Assembly (NCBI GenBank): GCA_039621445.1
Contig: CP154954.1
Coordinates: forward strand, 40,541,572 to 40,605,571
From: Euglena gracilis
Taxonomy: Eukaryota
Reading direction: 5' to 3'
Length of the DNA stretch: 64,000 nucleotides
The translations under genes were made by a program, and so were the position numbers. The notes under the pieces are model-generated. The model had not been told where the DNA came from and did not search any database. It was given only the letters and a program-made list of their open reading frames with translations. Shown in pieces: positions 52,301 to 61,544 of this stretch. Position 1 is the stretch's first letter. Every line of letters begins with the position of its first letter.

Positions 52301-55300
52301 TTGCGTTCCGGTTCCTGCATGGTGGGGCCTTGGGAGTTCTCTCTCATTTCAACAACCATGGTGGCAACTGACAGCTTGCAGGATAAATATAAAGACGAAC
52401 TTCGACCATAAATTGAAATTCTTCAGGGAGGATAGCATCAAAATTGTGCGCGCACCTCCACTCATGGCGGGCATCCCCGCAGGCGATGTGGCTCTTCGGT
52501 GGGGTCTTCAGGCCGAGGTGGCAGGTCAGGACGAAATTGGTGTAGTCGGAGTGGGGCTTGATGGCCGTGTGCGCCGGCATCTTGGCGAAGAAGCACTCCA
52601 TGATGGGGGCCCTGGGTCGCGCAGCCCGCACCGCGCGGAGCAGGGGCGTTGGTGGCCCAGCGTATGCCTCAACGCACCACTGCCCCGACGGAAACATCAT
52701 TTCCCAGCCTTGTAGAACATTTGGAGACCTGATCAGGCTTCCTTTTTTTACGGCTCCTCCGCGGGTTCCAGGCAACCCACCAAGCCCAGTGCAGGACACC
52801 CCAAGGGGGGGGGGCACCAAAAAAAATTGGGCCGTCTGAAAACGTTCCCAAAAAATTTCTGGCGCTTCGTGCCGGAACCCATACCCAAGCCCCCGCCCCC
52901 CGAGGTCCAGACCCAGGCACACCAACCCGCCCAGACCACCTCAAGGGTGGGGGGTCCCCTTCTCTCTCCGGGGGTGGGGGGGGGGGGGCAACCTAGTGGC
53001 ACAGCCAACGAACAGATCTTAATGAAGATGTGCAGCGAAACCAGAAAACTCTCAATCAAGAGAACAGCAAACGATCCACCTTGGCATCGCGAGAACAATC
53101 CAACTCCGGGGTGGTACCGGAGCAACCAAACCCACTCAGCGCACCTCGATTTGCGAAGGATGCGGCACGTGTTCTTGAACAGCCGGGTGTTGTCATCGTC
53201 GAAGGCATGCCGGATGGCCCCCAGGGTGGGCCGCCACAAGCCCCAATTTGTTGCGCCCCCAGCGGGTTCGTTCCAACCGCCCCCTCAGCAAAGCAGCTCC
53301 GCAACAGCCCTCACGCGTGTGGGGTCGACCCATGCCCCCCCGCAGACCACCGTGACAAGGAGTACCACATTTGGGGTCCCTGACCACCCATCCAGATTCA
53401 TTCAAAAATTTGCAAGTTTTGTGACATCCGCACGTTTTTCACACTCTTCAGCACTAATCCGGCCGGCACACTCGAATAACTGTCCCGGGGAACATAATGG
53501 GAACCCCCAATCCTTTTCCAGTTTGACGGGGCGTGTGCGCGTTTCCCACAGGGCCAGGTGAGCAGGGGTACCAAGGGGTACCGGCGCGGTCGGGGCGGCC
53601 GCCACGCCACCATGCGGCATGGCCCCAGCAGCCCCGGTCGCACAGGCCCAGGGTCTTCCATTCGGTGCCGTAGGAGTCGGCGCCGCCCTGCGCCCCCATC
53701 CAGCTGACCGAGCCCTTCGCCTTCAGCCCCTCGTCCCCCAGGCGGATGGCCTGGGGATGGGCGAAGGGGGGACATCCGGGGGGGGGGGAGAGGAGGGGGG
53801 GCTGAACGTGGACCCTCGAAAAATATGACAAAAAAAACACACTAAAATTGCAAAAAAAAGCTGTTGTATCTAAATTCCTTCAAACGCTCCCCAGGTTACT
53901 TCAGTTCTGGAGAGGACTTGGGAAAACTCCCCCCTCTGGGGAAAATTTTTGATCGTGCAACTAATTGCAACATGAATTTTGTTTAGATTTTGATAATTAA
54001 AACGTGCAATTGGCGGGCAAATTCGACAGTCGCAAATGAAAAGTGGGGCCAACTGGAGTTCTATTTTGTGTGCAAAAATCGACCGACACCGACACACACA
54101 ACGGTTTTGGCAGGGGCACTGGGCGATGCAAGGGGTGGGGGTGGGCGACACCCCCGTCCCTCTCAACGGTGGCAAGGTCGAAATCAGAGAATTTCTCAAG
54201 GGCACCTGGGGGGGGGGGGCGAAAAAAACACACTGGGGGCAGCTGGCCAGAAAAATGGCCCCACACTTTGGGGGAGGGGGGGGCGGGGCAGCAGGCTGCC
54301 GACCTGGACCCGGAAGAAACTTGAAAAAGGCAAACAGCTCAAAGCCAGCTGGTATTCAATCAAAAAAAATTCAGGTAAAACCCTAAAAAAAACCCTCAAA
54401 AATAACATTTTTGGCCGTTTATGCCCAACCAGATAAAAGCCACTCATTCACTGCAAGCAAAGAATGGACAGGGAAAACTGTCCGGACAATGGATGCTGGT
54501 TGGACACGGGGGGGGGGCATCCAAGTATCATCTGCAGGCACTGTCTTAAAAAAAATTCAAGCAACGGTGCTTGCACAAAAGAAAAAGAAAAATTGGTGCA
54601 GAATTGAACCTGGGACCTCTCATCGGCCAATAACTCATGCTCATGGTTGTCCGTCCAAATGACAGTGCCCCCCCCCACAAGCAACAACATGAAAACGATG
54701 CACATTTCTGTAAAATGCCCAGGCGGTAAACACAAACAAATCGTTCGGAATGCCACAATATTTTGTCGTCCAGTGAACAGAGATGTTGAATCAGATAAAA
54801 TTCTTGGTAAGTAGAGTATTTGACACGAAATTGCTCCTATGGAAAATGGAAAATTGGTTTTGTCAATGGTTTTACTGCCCAAATGAGATCGGCCCACTAA
54901 CTTCTCAAGGGAGGAAAATTATTTGGAGGGTGTGCATTTGGTGTTTGGCATTTCACATGCTTGAAATAAACAAAGCAGATTTGGGCAATTTTAGAAATTA
55001 TCCCAAACACACTTGGGCAGTGTTAATGGCACAAGTTTGTCCAGGTCAAGTTTTCCTCCTGCCAAGCCCAACCCAATGGAATCACGGAACCAGTGCCGCA
55101 GTGGCACGCGCCCCCTGCACCCAGGCACACCTCCTCAAGCTCGGCGCGGATGGTCGGCCACCCCTCCTGCACCACCTTGGCCCAGGGGTAGGTCTGGGCG
55201 GGGGCGGGCCAGTCCGGTTTGGTGGTCAGCCCCAGGGCTGTGCCAGGGAGGTGGAGCGTGCAATTGGTGCCTTGCGACACAGAATAGTTTTTCTGCACGG

Positions 55301-58300
55301 GTCGTGGTGCAAATGAATTCCGGTGTGGCATTGGCCGCAGCGCAGAAAACCGTCGGCCGCGGCGCCGCCAGTCTAAACCACACACAGGTTCTCCGGAGTC
55401 CTGCCCAGCCCTGGCCAGTCCTGCGATGTATGAGCTGGCGATCTGCTCCATGAACGGGTGCGGGCCGAACCGCTGGCGGAACTCCTCGCCCCGCTCCGTC
55501 TGGCACACAAGGGGGCACGGTGCGGAACAGGGGCGAAACAACGGGCGGACCCTTGGTGGAAAACAGAACAACAAAGGGACATTGTTCGTGTGGGGCTTAG
55601 GCGCAAATGGACCCCTTGTGATTTTCTGCAACTGGTTCATTTGCGGCATGGTGCTCACGAACAAAACGTGATGCGCGCTTTGGCGATTCACCCGTGTTTG
55701 ATGGTTGTGGATTTTGTCACACCATGTGTCGACCATTCAGAACCCATTGAACAAATTTTGTTTGTGGGCACAAATGCGCACACAAACAAATTTTTGTGAG
55801 TGCCTTGGCGCCCATGAACTGACGTCGTCGATAAACGGTGTGACAAACCCCCCAAAATATGTTTTTGGCGCCGTGCCGTCACGGCCCCTTTGTCATACCG
55901 TTAATCTACGGCGTCAGTTCATAGGCGCTGAAGCGTACATGAACAAAATTGGGTTCATGGGCGCGAAAGCTCGCACGAACAAAATTTGTTTGTGTGTGCA
56001 TTCACACCCACTAATGATTTTTGCTCTTCAAAAGGTTGTGCTTCCGGGGTCTTTGTGACAAAACTGGTTGTGCGGATCATACCATTGCTTAGCGACCCCC
56101 CCCAGGGGGGAGGGGGGTCACTCACAAAAACCAGTCAGACGCTTTGAAAAAGCCAATCAGTCACCTCCGTGGGGGGTGGGGTGGGACAGGTGAAAAGCAA
56201 TGGTATGGTGCGGATCCCGGACACAAGTTGTGTGGGAACGCCCGTCCCCTTCGTTCCCTTTTCTTCCCCCCTGCCCATCCCTTGCTAAATACCCTGCACT
56301 TCCTTGCTCTATGTCCTTCCTGCCGGCTTGGTCACACCACACCTACAGACCCCAGCATTCCCTCCTCTCACTTTGCAAAACACACCAAACACATAACACC
56401 GAGGCAACGCAAGCGAAGCAGTCCAGCAAACACCCAGGGCGCACACAACCGGCAATTTGAGGACACCCGGGGAAACGAAAGGAGCAAGAAGGGGGGTACA
56501 AGTCCCATTCCTTTGCCTTTTTTTTGCATTTTTGTCATTCCGGGGCCCCCCCCCAAAACACCATATTTCGCCAAAATCCCTGGGGTTACACCCTCCATAA
56601 TTTACTCAGTTTACTCATTTTTTTTGCACTTGCTGGTCACTGTGTCATGTCTGCGAACCCCCTGTAGTCACACTGCCGAATTTTTTTCGTGTTGATTTGC
56701 GCAAATGCACAAATCAACACGAAAAGCTTAAATGCGAAGCCGGCCGCCTGAGAACCACCCTGTTCATGCAATAAATATATCTGATTATTTGCCATTTATT
56801 ATTATTTACTGCAAATCATTTATTATAATTATAAATGTATAATTATAATTTGAGCCATGTCCATTTCTGACTAAATGCCACCAAAAATATGACAAATAAG
56901 CAAAAAAGAATTATTATGCGGAGTGTTTAAAAAAAAGGTGGGCAGTGAGTAATAATCAATACACACCCGACGGAAAGAGTCAACAATTCGCTTGGTCTGC
57001 TCCTCCCCAAATCGTTCTTGGACAAACTTGACCAGCAGATTCCCAAAATCTGCCTCCGACACATGGCGGGTGTCTGAGACACAAGAGGGCAGATGTACAA
57101 AGCCATGCATTCTCTTGCTTTTGGACTTTGTCCTGATACTTTCCCGTGGTCGATGGAGCTCGATGGTTTCCTCCACATTTTTGCACGTTGCCAAACGTAG
57201 AGCTCTGATTCCCCCAAATGCATGCCAAAACCACAATGCTGTTTTCCAAGTCCACATTGATTATTACTTAACATTTCCACACCACACAATTATTTTCATG
57301 GTTTTGTTCCTTTCTCCCTTTTTATCCCACTCCAATGTCCAAATTTGCCTTGTTTCCAGCTATTTGGAAGGAATGCTTCCAAATAGCTCAATAGGTAGGT
57401 TGATCAAATTTGATCAACCTCGGGGGGGGGGGGGGGCTTGGGTACAATGCCTGGGCGGGCACAGGTGCTCCCCCCAGGGGCAGTGCCTGGGAGGAGCAAA
57501 CCCCGAAGTGATTTTTTTGGGCGTCTAAAACACCTGCCTTTTAAAAGCGGAATCCTGTGGGAAACAAAAATCTCACAAATGAACAAAACTGCTTGTGTGG
57601 AAAATGTGGGAAGAAATATCCGCAAGGTTCGCCCCTGAAGGTGCCTCTTCTGCGAGGTGGGGATTTCGGCAATCGGGTGGTTCTCTGGTTCGGCCGCATC
57701 GCAAATAGCACCCGAGGGCGTCCCCCGGAGGGGAGCACACCTGGCGCTCCCTGGTCCAGCACCGACACCCGCTTGTCCCACTCGCTGCGGTTCTCTGGCA
57801 AAGACAGGCGTTGGGCCTGTGTTTATTTTTTTTGCAAACTGGCTTCCCCCACCCACCCAGGGGAAGGGGGTGCCCCCTGCCCGTGGGGGGCCCCATTCTG
57901 GGGTCAATTTTGGGGTCAAAAAAAATCGGCACCTTTGTTCCAAAAAAAAAGCCAAAACCCCGCCTCCGAGCGAGGGACTATCTGGCTGACTACCTTGGGG
58001 GAGGGACTCACCCAGGGGGGGGGAAATTATGCGGTCTGGCAGGCGGGGAAAAAATGCGGAAATTATGCGGAAAAATGCGGAAAAATGCGGAAATTATGCG
58101 GAAATTATGCGGAAAAAAAATGCGGAAAATATGCGGAAAAATGCGGAAAATGCGGAAAATATGCCGAAATTCTGTGGAGTCCCAGGTCACATGGAGAGGA
58201 CAGATATATTTCTACCTCACCATATGCAGGGTCCCGATGCTATTTGATTCCCATCGCCGATGCCCAAGCTTGCCAGAAGTCACCAAAATGCAATGGAAAA

Positions 58301-61049
58301 ACAAAGCACAAATTATGCATAAAACAGAGAGATGAAAAGACAAGCACTTGTGCTCCAACATATTGGGGAAACAATGAACCTTGTAGTTGACCTGAAACGT
58401 AAAAAATTCACAAAAAATGCGGAAATAATGCGGAAAAATGTGGAAATTATGCGAAAAAATGCAGTAATTATGCGGAAAAATGCGGAAAATGCGGGATAAT
58501 GCGGAAATTATGCGGAAAAATGCGGAAAAATGCGGAAAAATGCGGAAAAAATGCGGTCAAATGCGAAAATGCGGAAAAATGCGGAAAATTTACAAAAAAA
58601 AATGCGGAAAATATGCGGAAAAATGCGGAAAAATGCGGAATAATGCGGAATAATGCGGAAATGCGGAAAAATGCGGAATAATGCGGACCGCATAATTTCC
58701 CCCCCCCCTGACTCACCCGCCCCAGGGGGGGGTCCAATTTAAAAAAAAGAAAAGGTGACTGGTTCCTTCCCCCCACTGCACACGGCCATCGGCCCTTTAT
58801 CTGAAGAAAGGATGAGAGCCAGAAGGTTTGCCGAACGCCAACGCCGGAGGCAGGCAGAGGAACAGAGGAAAGAATGGGGAAGAGGTCCAATGAATGCATT
58901 AAGAGGGAGTGGGGACACAACTACTGGAAAACGTTGTCCAGAATTCACAACCAAAATGGAAAATTTGTTTCCCCTGACTTTTCTAACAAGAATAAATAAT
59001 AAATAAATAAAATAAATAAACAAATAAATAAATAAAGAAAAAAAGAAAGAAAGAAAGAAATAAAATAATAAATAATAAATAATAAATAATAAATAATAAA
59101 TAGAAAGAATAAATAATAATAAATGGAAAGACGAACCACACACCTTCATCGCCGACGGAGGCCATCGCCATGGGTAGCGGTTGAGGTCGCTTGCGTCCCA
59201 AGAGATATCACCGCCATGCCACCGGGAAATGTTGGAAAGGCAGCCATGCATCCAAAGTAGACTTTCAGTCAGTAAACATACCACGAAAATTTTTGTGTTG
59301 TTTGCACTTCAGAACACCTTTTGTGTTTCATTTTGAAGCACTGTGATTCAAGCATGCAGGTTAAAACTCCAGCTGTGTCAAACGGCCCTGTGACGCACAG
59401 GGGGGGGGGACGCCCTTCATTGCATCATGGCAAGTGCTGGCATGACCACTTTCCAACCTTGGGAGGCGGCGGAAAAGACAACAATCGGGGACATCATTCC
59501 GGATGGCATTGTCCCCACACGAAAGCTACTGCACTGCCGAGGGCTACCATCGCAAAGGAGCCCAACGCGTGGGGCGAGTCGCTGTGCTGCAAAAAAAAAA
59601 AAGAACAGAAAGGACAGCGGTCAGCTGAGTCAAGGGCAAAGCAATGGCAGTCCAGGTCCGAAGAAGGTTTCGTGCGCTTTTGATACCTTAGGGGGGTCCC
59701 CCGTTTCCTGGCATTGAGGCAATCTGGCCCTGAAAATCACGCCCCCCCCCCGCCCCGATTTATGCCGAAAAATTGCCAAAATTTCACTATTCGGGGTTGT
59801 TAACCAGCAGTGGTTCCGGTGATAATGGGGTTTTGGGGGGTGGGGAACCCAGCTGACCTGGTCCCGGGGATTGGTGGCACTTTTTGGCAGGTAGATTTTG
59901 GCCCATGGAAAATTACCAATCCTCACCCAATTCATATACGGCTGTGCCAAAAGGTTTGGTACAAAAACTGGCGGTGTGGTTTGTGCCCCCCTTCTTGTCT
60001 GGGAAGGGGGGGGGCATATCAATGGGGACAGGGTCATTCTTCACTTTCAAAAACCAGTCTTCTCTGAAATCCAGTCCATCACTCCAACCCTTTGTGGAGG
60101 GAGGGTCAACAAAAACTACACAACACAAACTTATCCAAAAATCGCATACCATAGATTTCGGCTGTATCTCCAAGAAAAATTCCTGTCCCACTCCCCCAGG
60201 GGTTGGCCAGGAGGGTCTGTGGCCAATAACCGTGAGTCACGGATAAATGGCTGGTACACGTAAATGGCTTGCTTGGGCATCTGGACCACGGGCAGAGACA
60301 TCCCCTTCCACCAGAACCCAGAATGCCCAACCCACCTACTCCAGAATCTGGGGGCCAGGCAGCAGAGGTTTAATGAATGCACATGCACCGCATCCAACAC
60401 AGACAAAAAACCTGAGGCTGGACGGTGGGCGCGTCAGCGTCCTTCAAAAACCCCGCCAGTGCTGTTGGTCCCTGGGCCACCGCATCTCGCAGCCGAGGGG
60501 GGATGGCGGCGACCGCGGCCGTGGGTTGGGTGACAGGGGCCACGCGAACAAAGTGCTCGGTCGGCGACATCAGTGCGTCACTGATGTGTTGAATGTGTGA
60601 GTTCGGCCCCCGGAGTGGCCACCAGCCTTGTTCGTCTATTTTTTTCCAGGATGAAATTGTGCAACAAGCGCAGCATTGCAATTGGTGCCAATTGACTCAG
60701 CTTTTCCGCCAAATCATCAGACGGAGGAGAAAAGCATTCGGTGTGATGAGGCCAGATCAAAAAAACAAAAAAAATTACAAACATGCCAGGAATTGTGCTG
60801 GAAAGTTGACACGCGAGGGAGGTACAACAAAAAGAGGGAGGTGGCGCTTTCCATGGGTGGGGGACAGGTTTTTTTGAGGCTTTTTTTCTTTGGAAAAGCA
60901 CTGATGGGAGGCATGCGCTGTCCGGTCAGGAGGGCGGAGCCGACCAGCCCGGCCACCAGGCAAAGGCCCAGGGGCCCCAGCAGCGCCCAGCGACCCGGGG
61001 CCGCGGTGCCCTCGGGCTGTGTGATGGCCGGCAGCAGGCGGCCGGGCAT
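46247..61049 (-). CDS. Spliced gene (16 exons, ~487 aa): aspartyl/asparaginyl beta-hydroxylase-domain (2OG-Fe(II) dioxygenase) protein with predicted euglenid plastid-targeting presequence
   Basis: Exons join in frame (total 1464 nt): 61049-60910, 60562-60412, 59586-59514, 59209-59144, 57794-57741, 57073-56967, 55499-55417, 55227-55131, 53750-53625, 53200-53145, 52611-52456, 50076-49998, 49882-49754, 47459-47448, 47135-47064, 46309-46247. Motifs GLTTKPDW...WPTIRAEL, ECFFAKMPAHTAIKPHSD (HxD), LTCHLGL, LDTTFIHEA (distal His) and DRYVLIMRVWHPDL match the Asp/Asn beta-hydroxylase family. The core is secure; the terminal exons are less certain. Confidence 0.85.
46415..46783. mobile_element. hAT-like MITE family 2 copy, in the last intron
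   Basis: TSD GACACAGG. Confidence 0.9.
47064..47135 (-). CDS. Candidate exon 15: LRRRWQEEASIQEILRQIAEGQIP
   Basis: CTG at -8..-6 upstream; CCG|GTGTGT donor. Confidence 0.6.
47136..47447 (-). other. Candidate non-conventional intron 14, 312 nt
   Basis: ATGGAGTGGAATACCATCC...GGGTGGAGCACCCGCTGGATGA: partial pairing, CTG at -8..-6. Confidence 0.4.
47448..47459 (-). CDS. Candidate 12-nt microexon 14: AHRI
   Basis: Strong CTTCCATTTTCTCTCACAG acceptor; followed by a weaker stem-loop intron; gives MMK-AHRI-LRRRW. Confidence 0.45.
49082..49475. mobile_element. hAT-like MITE family 2 copy, intronic
   Basis: TSD AACCACCC. Confidence 0.88.
49754..49882 (-). CDS. Exon 13: IMRVWHPDLTATEIKAITFLFDCVDDSDIILHPDGLAMYDMMK
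   Basis: WHPDL motif; AAG|GTGTGG donor. Confidence 0.88.
49883..49997 (-). other. Non-conventional intron 12, 115 nt
   Basis: CCCTCGGCATTGC...GCTATGCTGAGAGGACA stem with a 2-nt bulge; splits the conserved RYVL|IMRVWHP. Confidence 0.85.
49998..50076 (-). CDS. Exon 12: DGEMFLLDTTFIHEAVNESNEDRYVL (distal His, 2OG-binding Arg)
   Basis: TGACAG acceptor; family motif. Confidence 0.93.
52456..52611 (-). CDS. Exon 11: APIMECFFAKMPAHTAIKPHSDYTNFVLTCHLGLKTPPKSHIACGDARHEW (catalytic HxD)
   Basis: CCCAG acceptor, AG|GTGCGC donor; family core motif. Confidence 0.93.
53145..53200 (-). CDS. Exon 10: DDDNTRLFKNTCRILRKS
   Basis: AG|GTGCGC donor; in frame on both sides. Confidence 0.85.
53201..53624 (-). 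other. Non-conventional intron 9, 424 nt
   Basis: GGC-CATGCCGCATGG...CCATCCGGCATG-CCTTC: 11 of 12 bp paired. Confidence 0.85.
53625..53750 (-). CDS. Exon 9: AIRLGDEGLKAKGSVSWMGAQGGADSYGTEWKTLGLCDRGCW
   Basis: CCCCAG acceptor; ends at a stem-loop intron. Confidence 0.9.
55131..55227 (-). CDS. Exon 8: TTKPDWPAPAQTYPWAKVVQEGWPTIRAELEE
   Basis: Family N-terminal motif; GTGTGC donor. Confidence 0.9.
55228..55416 (-). other. Non-conventional intron 7, 189 nt
   Basis: GGC-CAG-GGCTG...CAGCC-CTG-GGGCT: CAG at +4..+6 and CTG at -8..-6, the euglenid consensus. Confidence 0.85.
55417..55499 (-). CDS. Exon 7: TERGEEFRQRFGPHPFMEQIASSYIAG
   Basis: GCCAG acceptor; ends at a stem-loop intron. Confidence 0.85.
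55660..56752 (-). mobile_element. Diverged inverted relative of the 21307-22916 element, inside intron 6
   Basis: Terminal AAAAGCTTAAATGCGAAGCCGGCCGCCTGAG; internal blocks match the reverse complement of ~21480-22120; left boundary approximate. Confidence 0.7.
56967..57073 (-). CDS. Exon 6: TRHVSEADFGNLLVKFVQERFGEEQTKRIVDSFRR
   Basis: TCTCAG acceptor, GTGTGT donor. Confidence 0.85.
57741..57794 (-). CDS. Exon 5: NRSEWDKRVSVLDQGAP
   Basis: TTTGCCAG acceptor, G|GTGTGC donor, phases match both neighbours. Confidence 0.7.
58013..58710. mobile_element. MITE with (AAAATGCGG)n subterminal minisatellites, intronic
   Basis: TIR CAGGGGGGGGGAAATTATGCGGTC; ACTCACC duplicated. Confidence 0.8.
58990..59124. 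repeat. (AAAT)n/(AATAAAT)n simple repeat, intronic
   Basis: Direct observation. Confidence 0.9.
59144..59209 (-). CDS. Exon 4: YLLGRKRPQPLPMAMASVGDE
   Basis: Frame restored by removing intron 59513-59210; G|GTGTGT donor. Confidence 0.7.
59210..59513 (-). other. Non-conventional intron 3, 304 nt
   Basis: GACAATGCCATCCGGAATGATGT...ACATTTCCCGGTGGCATGGCGGT pair in register. Confidence 0.7.
59514..59586 (-). CDS. Exon 3: HSDSPHALGSFAMVALGSAVAFVW (second hydrophobic/stop-transfer segment)
   Basis: poly-T GCAG acceptor; ends at a stem-loop intron. Confidence 0.7.
60412..60562 (-). CDS. Exon 2: TEHFVRVAPVTQPTAAVAAIPPRLRDA...PTVQPQ (transit-peptide-like)
   Basis: In frame after intron 1 (CC|G = Pro); CAG|GT donor at 60411. 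Confidence 0.6.
60563..60909 (-). other. Non-conventional (stem-loop) intron 1, 347 nt
   Basis: TCC-CATCAGTGC...GCACTGATG-TCGCC: perfect 9-bp stem in +4/-6 register; no GT-AG. Confidence 0.75.
60910..61049 (-). CDS. Exon 1: MPGRLL...WALLGPLGLCLVAGLVGSALLTGQRM (signal-peptide-like hydrophobic segment)
   Basis: ATG at 61049; pyrimidine-rich AG acceptor at 61086-61085 just upstream; ends at a stem-loop intron. Confidence 0.7.
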
Positions 61050-61544
61050 GGCGGGGGAACGGAGGGCTCCCTCGAGGTTGAGCCCTGCGGCGAACAGGGG
61101 GCCGCGGCAACCCACGGCGCGGGAGGCGGAAACGGCCAGGCCACTGGGCGGGTCCGTGCCCTCCCCCCCTAAACCTCTCCAAACAACTTTGCACTGCCCT
61201 AAAGCATTGTGTGCCCGAACAACTTGGCAGGGGGAAGGCCGAGAATGGTCGGTCCAAATACCTTTGCCCCCTTCGCAAGGAAAACCGGTGAGAAATCATG
61301 CATCTGTTTGGGAAATCAGGCGGGGGTGGCGCAAGGAATCATCCGAACTGCCACAATGCCCTGGTATTTGATGAACTGGTGCATTAAAACTATGCAATGA
61401 ATGCTTAGGAGGCGCAAACTGCCCATGATAAAACTGACTGAAGTGGCATCCAAAGTGCCCAAAAAATACTGCAAAAAAAGGCCAAAAATTTTGAGTTACA
61501 CGTGTTAACAGAAATTTTCCCACCGTTTCGGATGCAAAACAGAT

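Noticed and set aside
57557-58920. ORFs with AEKCG/MRK repeats
   Set aside because: Translations of the (AAAATGCGG)n minisatellite of an intronic MITE.
60257-60345. Extra microexons within intron 2
   Set aside because: AG/GT pairs exist, but exons 2 and 3 already join in frame and nothing else supports them.
60634-60647. Spliced-leader relic (GTCTATTTTTTTC)
   Set aside because: The match is short and mostly poly-T; upstream SL bases are absent.
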